DNA of 52,305 nt, counting the filler, from Squatina squatina (Eukaryota): assembly GCA_031763465.1 (NCBI GenBank). It is 3 parts of 3 records of this genome, joined end to end, with 100 filler letters (N's around TTAATTAATTAA, not from the genome) between each part and the next. Parts side by side here need not be neighbours in the genome. Positions count along the whole stretch, not along the records: positions 22,071 to 35,447 come from JARFOE010000004.1; positions 35,548 to 52,305 come from JARFOE010000036.1; 1 more part is not named here. One strand, given 5' to 3'. The position numbers and the translations under genes were made by a program. The notes beneath the pieces were generated by a model. It was not told the DNA's origin. It did no database searches and was given only the letters and a program-made list of their open reading frames with translations. Shown here in pieces: positions 27,539 through 38,877 of this stretch. Each line of letters opens with the position of its first letter. Position 1 is the first letter of the stretch.

Positions 27539-27630
27539 ATGAGGTAGATCAGCCATCACCTTATTGAATGGCAGAGCAGGCTTGAACAGCCAAATGGCCG
27601 ACTCCTGTTCCTATTTCTTATGTTCTTATA
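27539..27630 (+). mobile_element. CR1 LINE 3' tail
   Basis: gatcagccat...attgaatggcagagcaggcttga...aatggccgactcctgttcctatttcttatgttcttat. Confidence 0.72.
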
Positions 27631-29150
27631 ATACTGCTGCAGGGGAGTTAAAGGCTGCAATTTTCAGCTGAATAAAATATTGGAAATGTAGTTTGATACT
27701 ATAATATTTTGCTTAAAATTAAGCAGTACATTTCAAATAATTTATACATAAAGAACCTTCCCTTCAAGGATAGGGTAACAGAAACAGAATCTAAAACCGC
27801 ATTGTAAATCCAATGTCCTTCCTCATTTTGGAACAGGGTAAGGATGGATAGAGTTTGGTCTCAAATTAAATTTATCCATAACTATCAACTAACAGACCAA
27901 AATATATTTCAACTATGAATAGACCCTGATATGTTTCAACCAGCTTATCACATTACTTACCAGCTATTTCTAATAACTCAATCATTTTTTCCTACTTGTT
28001 TTCATTTTTGTGACGTTTATTTGTCTCTACCTTTATTGCTCTTATGCCTGTATGCTCTCGTTTGTAGCATCATTGCTCCTTTGCTTCCAAAATAATATAA
28101 ACTGCAGCATATGTTACTTAGTGTAGCTCCCCCACTGACTAGTGTGATTAGTCTGACAGAAATAGCCCTCTGCAGTGACACATAATGACAGGTGTCTCTT
28201 TCAACTGTAACACTTGCAGACACTCCCAATATAACATGTTTTTCTTTACACGATTAGCAGTATATCAAAGAATACCCTTTAAATGAATCATCTCCTAATA
28301 TGGTGTGGACTTTCCAATTCTGTAATCACTTATGTTGTGTTTTTGCATTTCTGGGAAACTAAAATCTTATATTTAGAAATACTGGAACATCAATAAATGA
28401 TTGTGTTCTAACTATTGAGGAATCACCACGTTTTATTTTATTGTTTTACTAAGGTCAAAAAGCCAGTGAACTGAAAACACTGACATTTCAAAATATTAAT
28501 TTTCTGCAGGTGCAGAAAGCCATGAATTGTTTCTTTGGTAGAACACTTCATGGGTCAATCTATGTCAAATCAGTTTTATAAAGGCATAAGTACATCTTTA
28601 GAGAGAACATGAAGGTATTAGAGGTTAAATTTTCATAATGTGTCAGATTGAAGTACTGAAAAAGTTGATCTCAAGTAAACTAATCCTGTTTGAGAATATT
28701 TGGAAAGTTCAACTATATACAGTACAACTGGCCAGGTTTATTTATACTCTGTTCTCAATCACCCTGATAATATAAAGGGTGGGTTTTATTTTTAGTTTGA
28801 TGACTTTCAGGTAAATTGCATGTGTGTGTCAGATTCCAGTAGAATTACTTCAACATTTGAAGGACTATTTTTTAATAAGTTTCCATGAGGCTAATATGAT
28901 TGCCGTTATATATCACATTGTTTATAAAAAGATGTGCTATTACTATAAATTAATGTTACAGAACATGAGAAAAACAAAGTACATAGTCACAGAATGTGGA
29001 ATATAGTCTATTTCAAGAAACGGNNNNNNNNNNTAAGTCACAACCAACTTTTGTGCAACAAACTTTGGCTTTGAACTTTTTTCACCAGTTAAGCTTTTAA
29101 AAGTTCCCAATAGCTGTAGGAACAAAACAAAAAGACCAGAGAGTTCTTAC

Positions 29151-29237
29151 CTGTCACATCGAGGTCCTGCATAGCCAGGAGGGCACCGGTCACATATTAT
29201 CTCTCCCCGAGAATCCAGGTAACAGGTTGGACTAAAA
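29151..29237 (-). CDS. LAMA2: Laminin alpha-2 exon (LE module; homologue of human exon 18)
   Basis: catag|TTTTAGT...GACAG|gtaaga, 87 bp, phase 2/2; FSPTCYLDSRGEIICDRCPPGYAGPRCD(R) versus recalled LAMA2 FSPTCHLDRSLGLICDGCPVGYTGPRCER. Confidence 0.9.
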
Positions 29238-29665
29238 CTATGTTGTTCATGTTGTGCAGACACAGACACAAAAAGATAAACCAAAGAAAATTGTATTAGC
29301 TGCATAGCCGAGTACTCTTTACTGAAATCATCACTGTGAACCAGACAAGGTCTATTTCTTCTTTCCGGCACCAAAGATAGAGCAGGGATCTCATTCCAGC
29401 TAACAGTCTCTGGAATTACTATTGGGTATTTCGGCCGACACTGAGTATAGTAAAAGGATGTCAGCATCTCAATGGCATTTCAGTCTGAAATTCCCTGTAG
29501 TCTATAACACTGTACTATAAAAAAAGGAATGTACAGCTGCTTGCCTGTGCCCTGAAGAGCTTAGCNNNNNNNNNNNNNNNNNNNNNNNNNNNNNNNNNNN
29601 NNNNNNNNNNNNNNNNNNNNNNNNNNNNNNNNNNNNNNNNNNNNNNNNNNNNNNNNNNNNNNNNN

Positions 29666-29884
29666 CCATGCCTTCAGCTGCAGAGGCCCCAAGCTGTGGA
29701 ATTACCTCCCCAAACCTATTGATTCTCCTTCAACACGCTCCTTAAAGCCTACCTCTTTTTGGTCATCTGCCCTAATATCTCGTGTTGCTCGGTGTTAAAT
29801 TTTGGTTGATAATGCTCCCGTGAAGTGCCTTGGGACGTTTTGCTTCATTAAATATGCTATATAAATGCAAGTAGTTGTTGTTGC
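29666..29884 (+). mobile_element. L2 LINE 3' end
   Basis: gccttcagctg...ctccttaaagcctacctcttt...gtgaagtgccttgggacgttt...gctatataaatgcaagtagttgttgttg. Confidence 0.78.
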
Positions 29885-32123
29885 ATATTAACCATAAATC
29901 TGCTGAGATTTGGAAATGGAGGAACTGTTAACAACTCATGGAGAATAAAAGTAGGAAGAATTAAAAACTAAAGGGTTAAAAAATGTACAATCTTTGAAAC
30001 AAGTGCCATATATATATATAAATAAATGATAGTATTAAGACAATTAACCTGTGAAACCAACATGTGAGAAAAATATGCACCAAAACAACCTGTAAGTGAG
30101 CTTTTGGGAAGAGAGGGGGAATAAAGTCAGTGACAACCAATTCAAAAAATACCCATTACTATAAAGACAAGCAATACTTCTTTCTTCTTGGTTGGTTATA
30201 CTTCACGTTAAGAATAACTTCCGCTCTATTGTCCAGAGACAGGAGAAAGGGTCTGCCTGTCTGCAAGCAAAAGCCTATCGGTAAGCACCTATTACTGAAG
30301 TTTGAGCAGGATATTGTTATACACCATATGCTTACTGTGCCACAAAACATTGTTTATCTCTTCCTCCCTTTGCTGCCAGTTTTCTCCTTGCCACATTGTC
30401 CCTCTCTTCCAAGAAAGCATGAACTATGCGCAGTGCTGAGCAATAAATATTGCATTTCTAAAATAACATTTATGTGAAATGTCCTTCATTAATTACAGTT
30501 AACCTGTGGCATAAAGATAAAACACTCGCTCAAGAGAGAAGCAAATCATAAAAGCAATCATTAAGATGAAGAAAGCACCACAGTATAAAGCTAATTTCAT
30601 CATCCTTACACACTGGTAGCAATCCATCTAATATTATTGAAATAATAAAATGATAAAAGACTAGCAGAGAGTAAGAAAAATGAATTGTATTGAAGTGGTT
30701 AAAGGAGACCTTAGCAAGGTCGATCAGTTGCAAAGATTATTGTATACTCTGACCTACACCCAGGAATGGGTTTTGAGACAGCCCCGAGTCGACAACATAG
30801 CCTATCTGGGCCGTCTCCCTTTACAGCATGAGGGATTTTGCTAATAAGAAGCAGCTGTTTTCACAGTCTGATAGCTGTGAGAAACTGATGACAACCTGCT
30901 TGACCGGTGACCTTTGAACTTGACCTTCTTCCTAATACCTTCAGCTTCTGACACAGCCGCCTGGCAGGTCCTTTTCTCTTTCCCTGTTGATGTACTTCTT
31001 TTAACTGCTGTGCCCTGAACAGGATCACATGGTGCTGCAGATACAGAGGGGAGGGAGGGGGGGGGGGTGTGGTGGTGGAGAAANNNNNNNNNNNNNNNNN
31101 NNNNNNNNNNNNNNNNNNNNNNNNNNNNNNNNNNNNNNNNNNNNNNNNNNNNNNNNNNNNNNNNNNNNNNNNNNNNNNNNNNNCGAGCTTAGTACAAGGA
31201 AGATCCTATTTGAAGTTCGCCATGTCATTGCAGAAAAATAATGAAATAAATTTAAGATAACTACTGCTTTTGTTTTTAAAAAGGGTAGTCGTTTAAGTAA
31301 CAAGTATTCTCCCTAGACTTTCCTTTCCTCTTTTATAAATCATTAATAATGAAATGTATGGGTAAGGATGTATCTGCACAAGCGTGACAACTTGTTGCTT
31401 ATTTATACGGGACAAATTTATTNNNNNNNNNNAAATAGTGCATTATTTAAATGATGTAATTCAGCAATAATGGCAAATTAGCAGTAGCGTATTTCACAGC
31501 CTTCCTTGCCATGGCACAAGCAAATAACATATGTCTCCTTTGTAAGGGGAAAGTGTAGTCCCGTATCTCTTCTTTGGGCCGATTACGGTAGAAAATTAAC
31601 ATTGTGATTCTATTTGTGACAGCCGAGAAAAGAAATGAAAAACAGACGAGCTCTCTGTCATTTCAATTTTGGTAAGATCTATCTTCTCAACCAGCTTGTC
31701 CTGTTTTCCAAGAAACAATGGAAAAAGGTGTGATGGGCTGCCTCTCATGTATGTCACTGTGCTCAGTATGCCAGGGCTCATGCATATATGTACAACCACG
31801 CAAAGGGAGAGGTTTAAGCAAAATATTTTATTTTAATGCACGTGGCTAGCAGTTTGTCACAGGGGCAGACCTCTTGTCCATACCTTCCTACAGGATATTT
31901 AAATATGAAGCAAGAGGGCTTACAGTTAGCAGTGGTTAATTTAACTATTTTCACTGGCATTTAAGTCTTTGGTGTTCCTATCCTCTATGCCAGTGTAAAA
32001 TTCAATCATTAAAGCTTGCAGTCAATAAGCCTAACTACAGGAAGTGGGCTGAGCTTTTGAACTTCAATAAACTGTAATACTATTTGCTGTAAATGTATTG
32101 TAGTAAGGAAATCTCATTTCTAC

Positions 32124-32335
32124 CTATAGATGGCAGTCTGGTCGCTGCTATAGGTGGCCCTTATTAAAAGGCGGGTAATGTTTGCCAGAACAGTCATGAA
32201 GTCCTTTCTATTCACGGGTGTCTTAGTTGTATGAATGACAAAGTTCTCTGGTCGTAGTACTATCACTTCGGTGTGCTCTGTCAACGGATCAAGCTCAATT
32301 CCTTCAACACCACTGCTTATGTGGATACCATTACC
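32124..32335 (-). CDS. LAMA2: Laminin alpha-2 exon (L4a domain; homologue of human exon 14); absent from the ORF track
   Basis: tttattag|GGT...TATAG|gtagaa, 212 bp; GNGIHISSGVEGIELDPLTEHTEVIVLRPENFVIHTTKTPVNRKDFMTVLANITRLLIRATYSSDQTAIY(R) has the RKxFMTVLAN motif. Confidence 0.92.
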
Positions 32336-32502
32336 CTAATAAAGAAAACAAAAGACAAAATTAGCATGTTACATGCCCTAAGCTAATTCTTTGCTTGAAA
32401 TGAAAAGCTAGAGATGTTTTTGCTATCTGCCCGAGAGCGGTATGTCATGGCTTTCAGTAAATGAGTTGATAATCCTGTGAATCCTGTGAAACCTGCTTTG
32501 AT

Positions 32503-33128
32503 AACAAAACAGCTTGCATTTATATAGCACCTTTAATATAGTAAATGCCCCAAAGTGCTTCACACAGACGTAATCAGATAAAAACAGATACGGAGACAAT
32601 GGGCGAATATTAGAAAGGTGGCTTTGTCAAAGATATGGGTATTAAGGTGGCATTAAAGAAGCGGAGAGGAAAATGAGGAGGTGGAGGGGTTTTGGGTGGG
32701 AATTCCAGAAGGCCAAAGTCAGAGGAACAGAGAGTTTTGGGTGTTGTACGACTGGCGGAGTTTACCAAGATATGTTGAGGTATGGCCATGAAGGGTTCAA
32801 ACATGAGGATGAGAATTTTAAATTTAAGGCATTGGGGGACTGGGAATTAATGTAAGTCAGCAAGTACAGGAGTGATGAATGAGCTGGACTTATTGTGGGA
32901 TAGGATACAGGCAACAGAGTTTTAGATGAACTGTAGTTATGGAAGCTGGACAATGGGAGGTTGAACAGGAGAGCATTGGAATGCTCAAGTCTGGAGGTGA
33001 CTGTAATGTAATGAAAGTAATGGATGAGAGTTTCAGCAGCAGATAGTGTAAGGCAGCAGCGGCAGGCGATGTTACTGAGGTGGATATAGGCAATCTTTGT
33101 GATGGAGTGTGTAAGAAGTCAGAAGCTC
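32503..33128 (-). mobile_element. L2 LINE 3' fragment
   Basis: cttgcatttatatagcacctttaa...aaagtgcttcaca tail followed by purine-rich antisense ORF2 remnant. Confidence 0.75.
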
Positions 33129-33228
33129 NNNNNNNNNNNNNNNNNNNNNNNNNNNNNNNNNNNNNNNNNNNNNNNNNNNNNNNNNNNNNNNNNNNNNNNN
33201 NNNNNNNNNNNNNNNNNNNNNNNNNNNN

Positions 33229-33398
33229 CTTAACACTTTTTGACCAAGCTTTTGGTCACCTGCCCTAATTTGTCCTAGGTGGCATGGTGTCAAACTATTT
33301 GTCTTAAAATATTCCTGTGAAGCACCTTGGGAGGTTTTACTAGGTTAAAGGCGCCATATAAATACACGTTGTTGTTGTTGTTGTTGTTATTGTTGTTG
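33229..33398 (+). mobile_element. L2 LINE 3' end with (TTG)n tail
   Basis: tttgaccaagcttttggtcacctgccctaa...gtgaagcaccttggga...atataaata then about ten gtt units (33368-33398). Confidence 0.8.
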
Positions 33399-33519
33399 AA
33401 TGAATCAAATCCTGGAACCTTCATGATGACACCTTCATGCACAAATGCCTTTTCAATGTTGCAGCCAGTCAACAATTTTAATATATATATATATATAGAC
33501 ACCTTTTTAAGTTAGATAC

Positions 33520-33693
33520 CTTTTGGCCCAAATATGCACTTGGTGCACTCCAATAATACAGCGGTGGTAAAATCCTGCTGCCTCCATAGTCTTTAATACG
33601 CAGCTGCACAAGCCCATCCAAGGTCTCCTGCCTGGGCAGAATTTTTGAAATACCTTGCAAATCAGTGAGGAACCAATCAAACATATCTGTCAC
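33520..33693 (-). CDS. LAMA2: Laminin alpha-2 exon (start of L4a/laminin IV domain; homologue of human exon 12)
   Basis: cttttag|GTG...AAG|gtatct, 174 bp; VTDMFDWFLTDLQGISKILPRQETLDGLVQLRIKDYGGSRILPPLYYWSAPSAYLGQK contains the L4 motif YYWSAPxxYLGxK. Confidence 0.92.
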
Positions 33694-35258
33694 CTAAAAG
33701 ACAAAATTTTTTTAAAAATGCATTAATTTTCTATATCAAATAAACGAAGGGGGCCTAATTGGTGTGATTTCATACCCGGGTAGCGCTGATTAGTGGCGCT
33801 ACCCGGGCCTGAGATCAGCATTGAGTGAAAAAATTAGAAAGTGCTGAATTGGGCCTGGCACCCCAGTGGCGTACAGACCCTGCCACTGGGGATGCCGTTG
33901 GCGCCGGCACCGGACATGCAACAGCATTACATTGAGCGCTGATCCCTCTCCACCCACCTGTGCATCGCGGGGGAGCTGCCTCTGGAATTGGGGCCCAGCT
34001 GCCCCACTTTCCCATGGTCCGTTAAAAGTGCATGCCCTGAGCCANNNNNNNNNNNNNNNNNNNNNNNNNNNNNNNNNNNNNNNNNNNNNNNNNNNNNNNN
34101 NNNNNNNNNNNNNNNNNNNNNNNNNNNNNNNNNNNNNNNNNNNNTCTTGAAGCTTGATTCAGCACAAAGCATATAGGTGTGAAATCCATCGTGTACGATC
34201 AGCCAAGTCCCTGACAAAAAGCGACTGTCTGGAGCTAAGACCTACTTCTGAAAGAACATGGAAGGTGATTTAAAAATTATGAATGACTGCTTCCATACAC
34301 AATTATAGTATTCTAATTTAATCCAATAACACTGGGGCAGGAAACAAATTATTGGTGGAGGGCGCCCGCTGTGAAAAAGTTTGGAACAATAATTTTTAAG
34401 ATACATGTATTAACTTTGTTGCAAATCCATCAATTTATTACTGACTTTTAGTGCATCAGAGGAGCATGGCAATCATTCACCAATATCCTTTTTCTGATGC
34501 ATGCAGCTATTGGCACCTCTGCCTGTATATTATGGTGTTCGGATATGGGCGAGTGGTTGCCATGCTCCGCTAATGCTACCCCCACCGATCCTAGTCCTCT
34601 CCATATTCCAAACCAATATGTGGAATTTCTAAAGGAAACCCATTGTGCTTTGTCTGATATGAAGGTGGGAGGAGGAATGGCAATACCATGGCAAATGGCA
34701 GATGTCAACAGCAAAGAGCAACCATCTAAAAATGACGACTATTTTATATGGGAAAGGAGATGAAACAGAGCAAATGAGGCAAAATGAACACATAGAATGG
34801 CCCAAAATGGACCGGCGCTTCATGCAACTAACTGAAATGATGGTGGAATATGGGATGCGCAACTGGTCGAAGATCTAACATAATGGATCTCTGCTTTAAT
34901 TTCCAATTGGGTTCACCCAATTTGCCGGAGTTAATTGGACAAACCAAATTTCTTATGTTCTTATGAAAAGTGATAAGCTTCTCAAATATGTTCTATAACT
35001 ATGAGTTAAGAGAGAGAAGATTAAAGTGGTGCTTCTCCAAGAACAACTTCTGCCAGCCACACATATTAGGAAACCCTGGTCACACCACCCACAATTTTCC
35101 ATTCAGTTAATGAATGGAAAATTAAAAGAAGTACGGCTGTGATTTCTCAATAGGCGTGGCTAGTGGACGAGCTCTGTGCCTTTCCTGTAAACTCAGAAAA
35201 TTACCCCCAAGGCTGTAAAACATAAACACAAGTTATTTTGCCATTCAGTAATTCTTAC

Positions 35259-35399
35259 ATTATCATAGGTCCATTGAGAGCATTCACATTCATTGGATAC
35301 CCCTGAACAGAAACACTGATCACAGCCATAGTAGTTCTCTGCCTGCAGGTTGAAGAATCCTATTTTACATCGGTCGCAGTTCTCTCCTTCAGTATTGGC
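35259..35399 (-). CDS. LAMA2: Laminin alpha-2 exon (LE module; homologue of human exon 11)
   Basis: ttgcag|GCC...AAT|gtaaga, 141 bp, phase 0/0; ANTEGENCDRCKIGFFNLQAENYYGCDQCFCSGVSNECECSQWTYDN matches recalled LAMA2 ENVEGGDCSRCKSGFFNLQEDNWKGCDECFCSGVSNRCQSSYWTY. Confidence 0.92.
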
Positions 35400-35447
35400 C
35401 TGCAAATTGCACAAATGTAAATTATATTAACGGTTATGATTAATTTA

Positions 35448-35547
35448 NNNNNNNNNNNNNNNNNNNNNNNNNNNNNNNNNNNNNNNNNNNNTTAATTAAT
35501 TAANNNNNNNNNNNNNNNNNNNNNNNNNNNNNNNNNNNNNNNNNNNN
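35448..35547. other. Artificial scaffold-joining spacer (N44-TTAATTAATTAA-N44)
   Basis: Identical 100-bp construct with TTAATTAATTAA at 35492-35503. Confidence 0.97.
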
Positions 35548-36266
35548 TATTCTGCTCATTTCTTGTGTCTTCCCCCAACCCCACTGCCCCAAACTTGGAA
35601 GAGGGGTTATACAATGCAATGCTTTCATTTTTAGATATCTGCCAGAGGTATTAACAGTCCATTTCTCATGTTTGTGTGTGTTCTATAGGCAGCGCACGTT
35701 TTACACTGTATTTAATGTTTGTTTTGTGGACTATTTGACTTGCAAAGATTGAAAACAACAAAATGTGGTAAACCAGTTATTAAATGGGTTAGTCAGCCTT
35801 TTTTAATGTAAAATGAAATGATAGTGTCACTCATGTACTCGAGTGCCCGAGATCTCTAATTATGTTGACTATGAAAATGCTTGTATTAAACGCTTCTGAC
35901 ATTTGTAGAAAGAAATTACTAGATTTTTCCACTTGAATTCCTAAGGTTTTTGTGCAGTTATTGTTGAAATAAACATTTTTACTGAATATGGAATGAATGT
36001 AATTTCAGTTTGGAATTGTGCAACATGTAGTGGGGAAATCAAATAGAAACTTGGCAAAGGCTTATTTTGATTTTTCTGCAACCTCGATTTAAAATAAAGA
36101 AAAAGGCATTCCGCCACTTCAGAGGCATTACACTGGCTGATGGAAGTGGAAACTTCCTGATCCTTNNNNNNNNNNNNNNNNNNNNNNNNNNNNNNNNNNN
36201 NNNNNNNNNNNNNNNNNNNNNNNNNNNNNNNNNNNNNNNNNNNNNNNNNNNNNNNNNNNNNNNNNG

Positions 36267-36386
36267 TACGTACAGAACACCTTTTGGCTGAAAGTGGTGC
36301 CCGGGGCCAGTCACTGGGTCCAACAGGACCAACCCGACGTGGTCAACAAACTCATCTGGACCTTCCTGAAGGAAAGCAACAAGTAG
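36267..36386 (+). CDS. EPHX4: C-terminal part of last coding exon of an EPHX4/EPHX3-family alpha/beta-hydrolase epoxide hydrolase (5' end in gap)
   Basis: YVQNTFWLKVVPGASHWVQQDQPDVVNKLIWTFLKESNK* resembles the recalled EPHX4 C-terminus (ASHWLQQDQPDIVNKLIWTFLKE), including the catalytic His motif. EPHX4 versus EPHX3 orthology is unresolved. Confidence 0.85.
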   Translation, partial: YVQNTFWLKVVPGASHWVQQDQPDVVNKLIWTFLKESNK

Positions 36387-36855
36387 GCTCCTGAATCCAC
36401 ACCTGTGCATGTTGCATTTCTGCACGTGTGAAATTATATATATAAATATATCCTTACTGTGGGAAAAAAAAATCAAATTTATAAGTAAATATATTTTTGT
36501 AGTCTGGCAATTGAATGTTGTTAAATGCAGAAAATGCTAAGATTTACAGCGGCTGTCTGCCCCGTGGGTTACAGAACAAGTGTTTTGTTATTCTGTTCCT
36601 TCTTGTGGCCCAATATTGTGCTGTCAAATGTTTGAGCGAAGGTGGGGTGAAAAAAAACTACAAACATTGGGGGTGTACAGCACTTGGGAGGGAATTCGAT
36701 TTTGGATCTGCTGTTAATGTTCCCTTTAACGGACTGCTAGTTAACGCAAGCTGGCTTCCAGTGTTGCTAATTTGGGGTTGACTGTGTCTCGTGGGGTAAA
36801 CTGCGGGGAAGAGTGGAATAGTCCAGCCCAGAGTTGTGTGTTTTCTGCACATTGT

Positions 36856-37493
36856 CTGGCTAACCAGCGTCTGTGAGTGTGGAGCACTGGATAACCAGTG
36901 TCTGTGAGCGTGGGACACTGGGAATCCAGTGTCTGAGAGTGTGGAACACTGAGGATTCAGTGTCCGTGAGCTTGGTGCCCCGGGGAACCCATGTCTGTGA
37001 GCGCGGAGCGTTGGATAACTAGTGTCTGTGAGCGCGGAGCGTTGGATAACCAGTGTCTGAGCAAGGAGTGCTGGATAACCAGTGTCTGTGAGCAAGGAGC
37101 GCTGGATAACCAGTGTCTGAGCAAGGAGTGCTGGATAACCAGTGTCTGTGAGCAAGGAGCGCTGGAAAACCAGTGTCTGAGCAAGGAGTGCTGGATAACC
37201 AGTGTCTGTGAGCGTGGAGCGCTGGAAAACCAGTGTCTGTGAGCAAGGAGTGCTGGATAACCAGTGTCTGTGAGCTCGGAGCGCTGGATAACCAGCGTCT
37301 GTGAGCAAGGAGCGCTGGAGAACCAGTGTTTGTGAGCGCAGAGCTCTGGATAACCAGTGTCTGTGAGCAAGAAGCGCTGGATAACCAGTGTCTGTGAGCA
37401 AGAAGCGCTGGGGAACCAGTGTCTGTGAGCGCAGAGCACTGGATAACCAGTGTCTGTGAGCAAGAAGCACTGGGGAACCAGTGTCTGAGCGTG
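36856..37493. repeat. Minisatellite, 29/31-bp unit (GCTGGATAACCAGTGTCTGTGAGCAAGGAGC), about 20 copies
   Basis: Head-to-tail repeats with no unique spacers; degenerate at the left end, runs into a gap at the right. Confidence 0.95.
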
Positions 37494-37593
37494 NNNNNNN
37501 NNNNNNNNNNNNNNNNNNNNNNNNNNNNNNNNNNNNNNNNNNNNNNNNNNNNNNNNNNNNNNNNNNNNNNNNNNNNNNNNNNNNNNNNNNNNN

Positions 37594-37986
37594 TTCATAG
37601 TCGGCCGAAAGATCGCAGTCCTCGGCCGGATCAGGCCACCAACCTCTCATCTGGCCCACTGACTGGTCTGGTGACCAGGTCGCCAGTGTCCCTGGTGGCC
37701 CAGTATTGGGCCACGGGGCGCTGTCAGGATGGCTGGTGGCCCTCCCCTGGCTGTGCTGTTGATGTCAGCGCGCTGCGCGTTTCTGACGCCACTGGCGTGG
37801 CGCTGAACCCATGTCAGCGGCATCCAAGGCCAGCCGTCCCAGTTGCGACCTGGAGCATGCTGTGCCTCACAGGTGCCCCTGATCGCTGAATTCTGCGAGG
37901 GGCGGGGCGGGGCAGGTGCCGGCAAGAGAAACGCCGGCTCCCGCCCAGTGTGCAGCCACAACGGGACGCCAATCAATTTCTAGCCC
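37594..37986. mobile_element. CpG-rich repeat fragment ending in a TIR-like AATTTCTAGCCC
   Basis: GC-rich block from a gap to caatttctagccc, then an abrupt return to AT-rich sequence. Confidence 0.45.
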
Positions 37987-38423
37987 TGACACTTGTCGAA
38001 CTTTATTAAAAAAAAATTGTTGAGGAACTTAGGTGAAAGCCAATGTTCATTGTGCAGGGCACCACTAGGGCTGGAAAGAGCATAGTCGAACATGAGCAAA
38101 ACCAACAAATTGTGAGTAGGTGATGTGTATTAAGAGCCTGTGGATTGGAAGGGAGATGGTGGACCATTTTGCTATTATTTTCTCTGAACTACCTTTTTGG
38201 TGTGAACTTGACCTGATGGTGAAATAATCTGTCATGTGCGAAGTGTTACCTCTTGGGCAAATTTCAGTAAGAAGGTTGACTCCCGTGGGACTGTGGCCCT
38301 GGCAACTGATTCAACACCTCCAAGAGAGGAGAAGTATGGTAGGTGCTGACAAATCAGGAATGAAGACTGATAATCTACTGCCTTAAAATCGCAGTTACAC
38401 CAATGCGTTTTTTTTTTGTGTAG

Positions 38424-38592
38424 GATGGTGGCATTTAAAGCCATCGCGCAGGTGTTTATCCTGGGCTGTACCTGGATTCTTGGCTTATTCCACTTTGGGG
38501 AAGAAACCGGGGTGATGGCCTATTTATTCACCATCGTCAACAGTTTCCAGGGTACCTTCATCTTCCTCATCCTCTGTGTTTTGAACAAGCAG
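38424..38592 (+). CDS. Adhesion GPCR subfamily E (ADGRE/EMR/CD97-like) exon, TM6-TM7
   Basis: tgtgtag|GATG...CAG|gtaccg, 169 bp; [56 protein letters not shown] has the ADGRE-type motifs AQxFILGCxW and MAYLFTIxNSxQG. Confidence 0.92.
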
Positions 38593-38735
38593 GTACCGGA
38601 CATCATAAAGTCCATGTCACTGTTCTAAACCTACACGGTGAGGTGTGGGAATTATTTATTTTAGCTAAACTTAAAACAAAGTCGCCTTGGATTTTTAATT
38701 TTCCCCTTTATTTCTACCATTGGTCCTGTGCACAG

Positions 38736-38828
38736 GTGAGGAAAGAGTATCACAGATGCTTTGGCGGAATGAAGAAGTCAAGATTGTGGACTGAGTCAGC
38801 AAGCACGAGCGTGCCGACAGCAACGTTG
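38736..38828 (+). CDS. ADGRE-like exon, helix 8 and cytoplasmic tail
   Basis: cacag|GTG...TTG|gtgagt, 93 bp, in phase with the previous exon; VRKEYHRCFGGMKKSRLWTESASTSVPTATL (VRxEY motif). Confidence 0.85.
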
Positions 38829-38877
38829 GTGAGTTTAGATTAATTGGAACTGATCCCTGCCCTGCCTGATGCGAACT

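Noticed and set aside
35548-36010. AT-rich 3'UTR-like stretch with AATAAA at 35968-35973
   Set aside because: No attached coding exon in view; the hexamer alone is not sufficient evidence.
36658-37659. 333-aa ORF and CRISPR-like 31-bp repeats
   Set aside because: Contiguous tandem units without unique spacers, no cas genes, vertebrate context.
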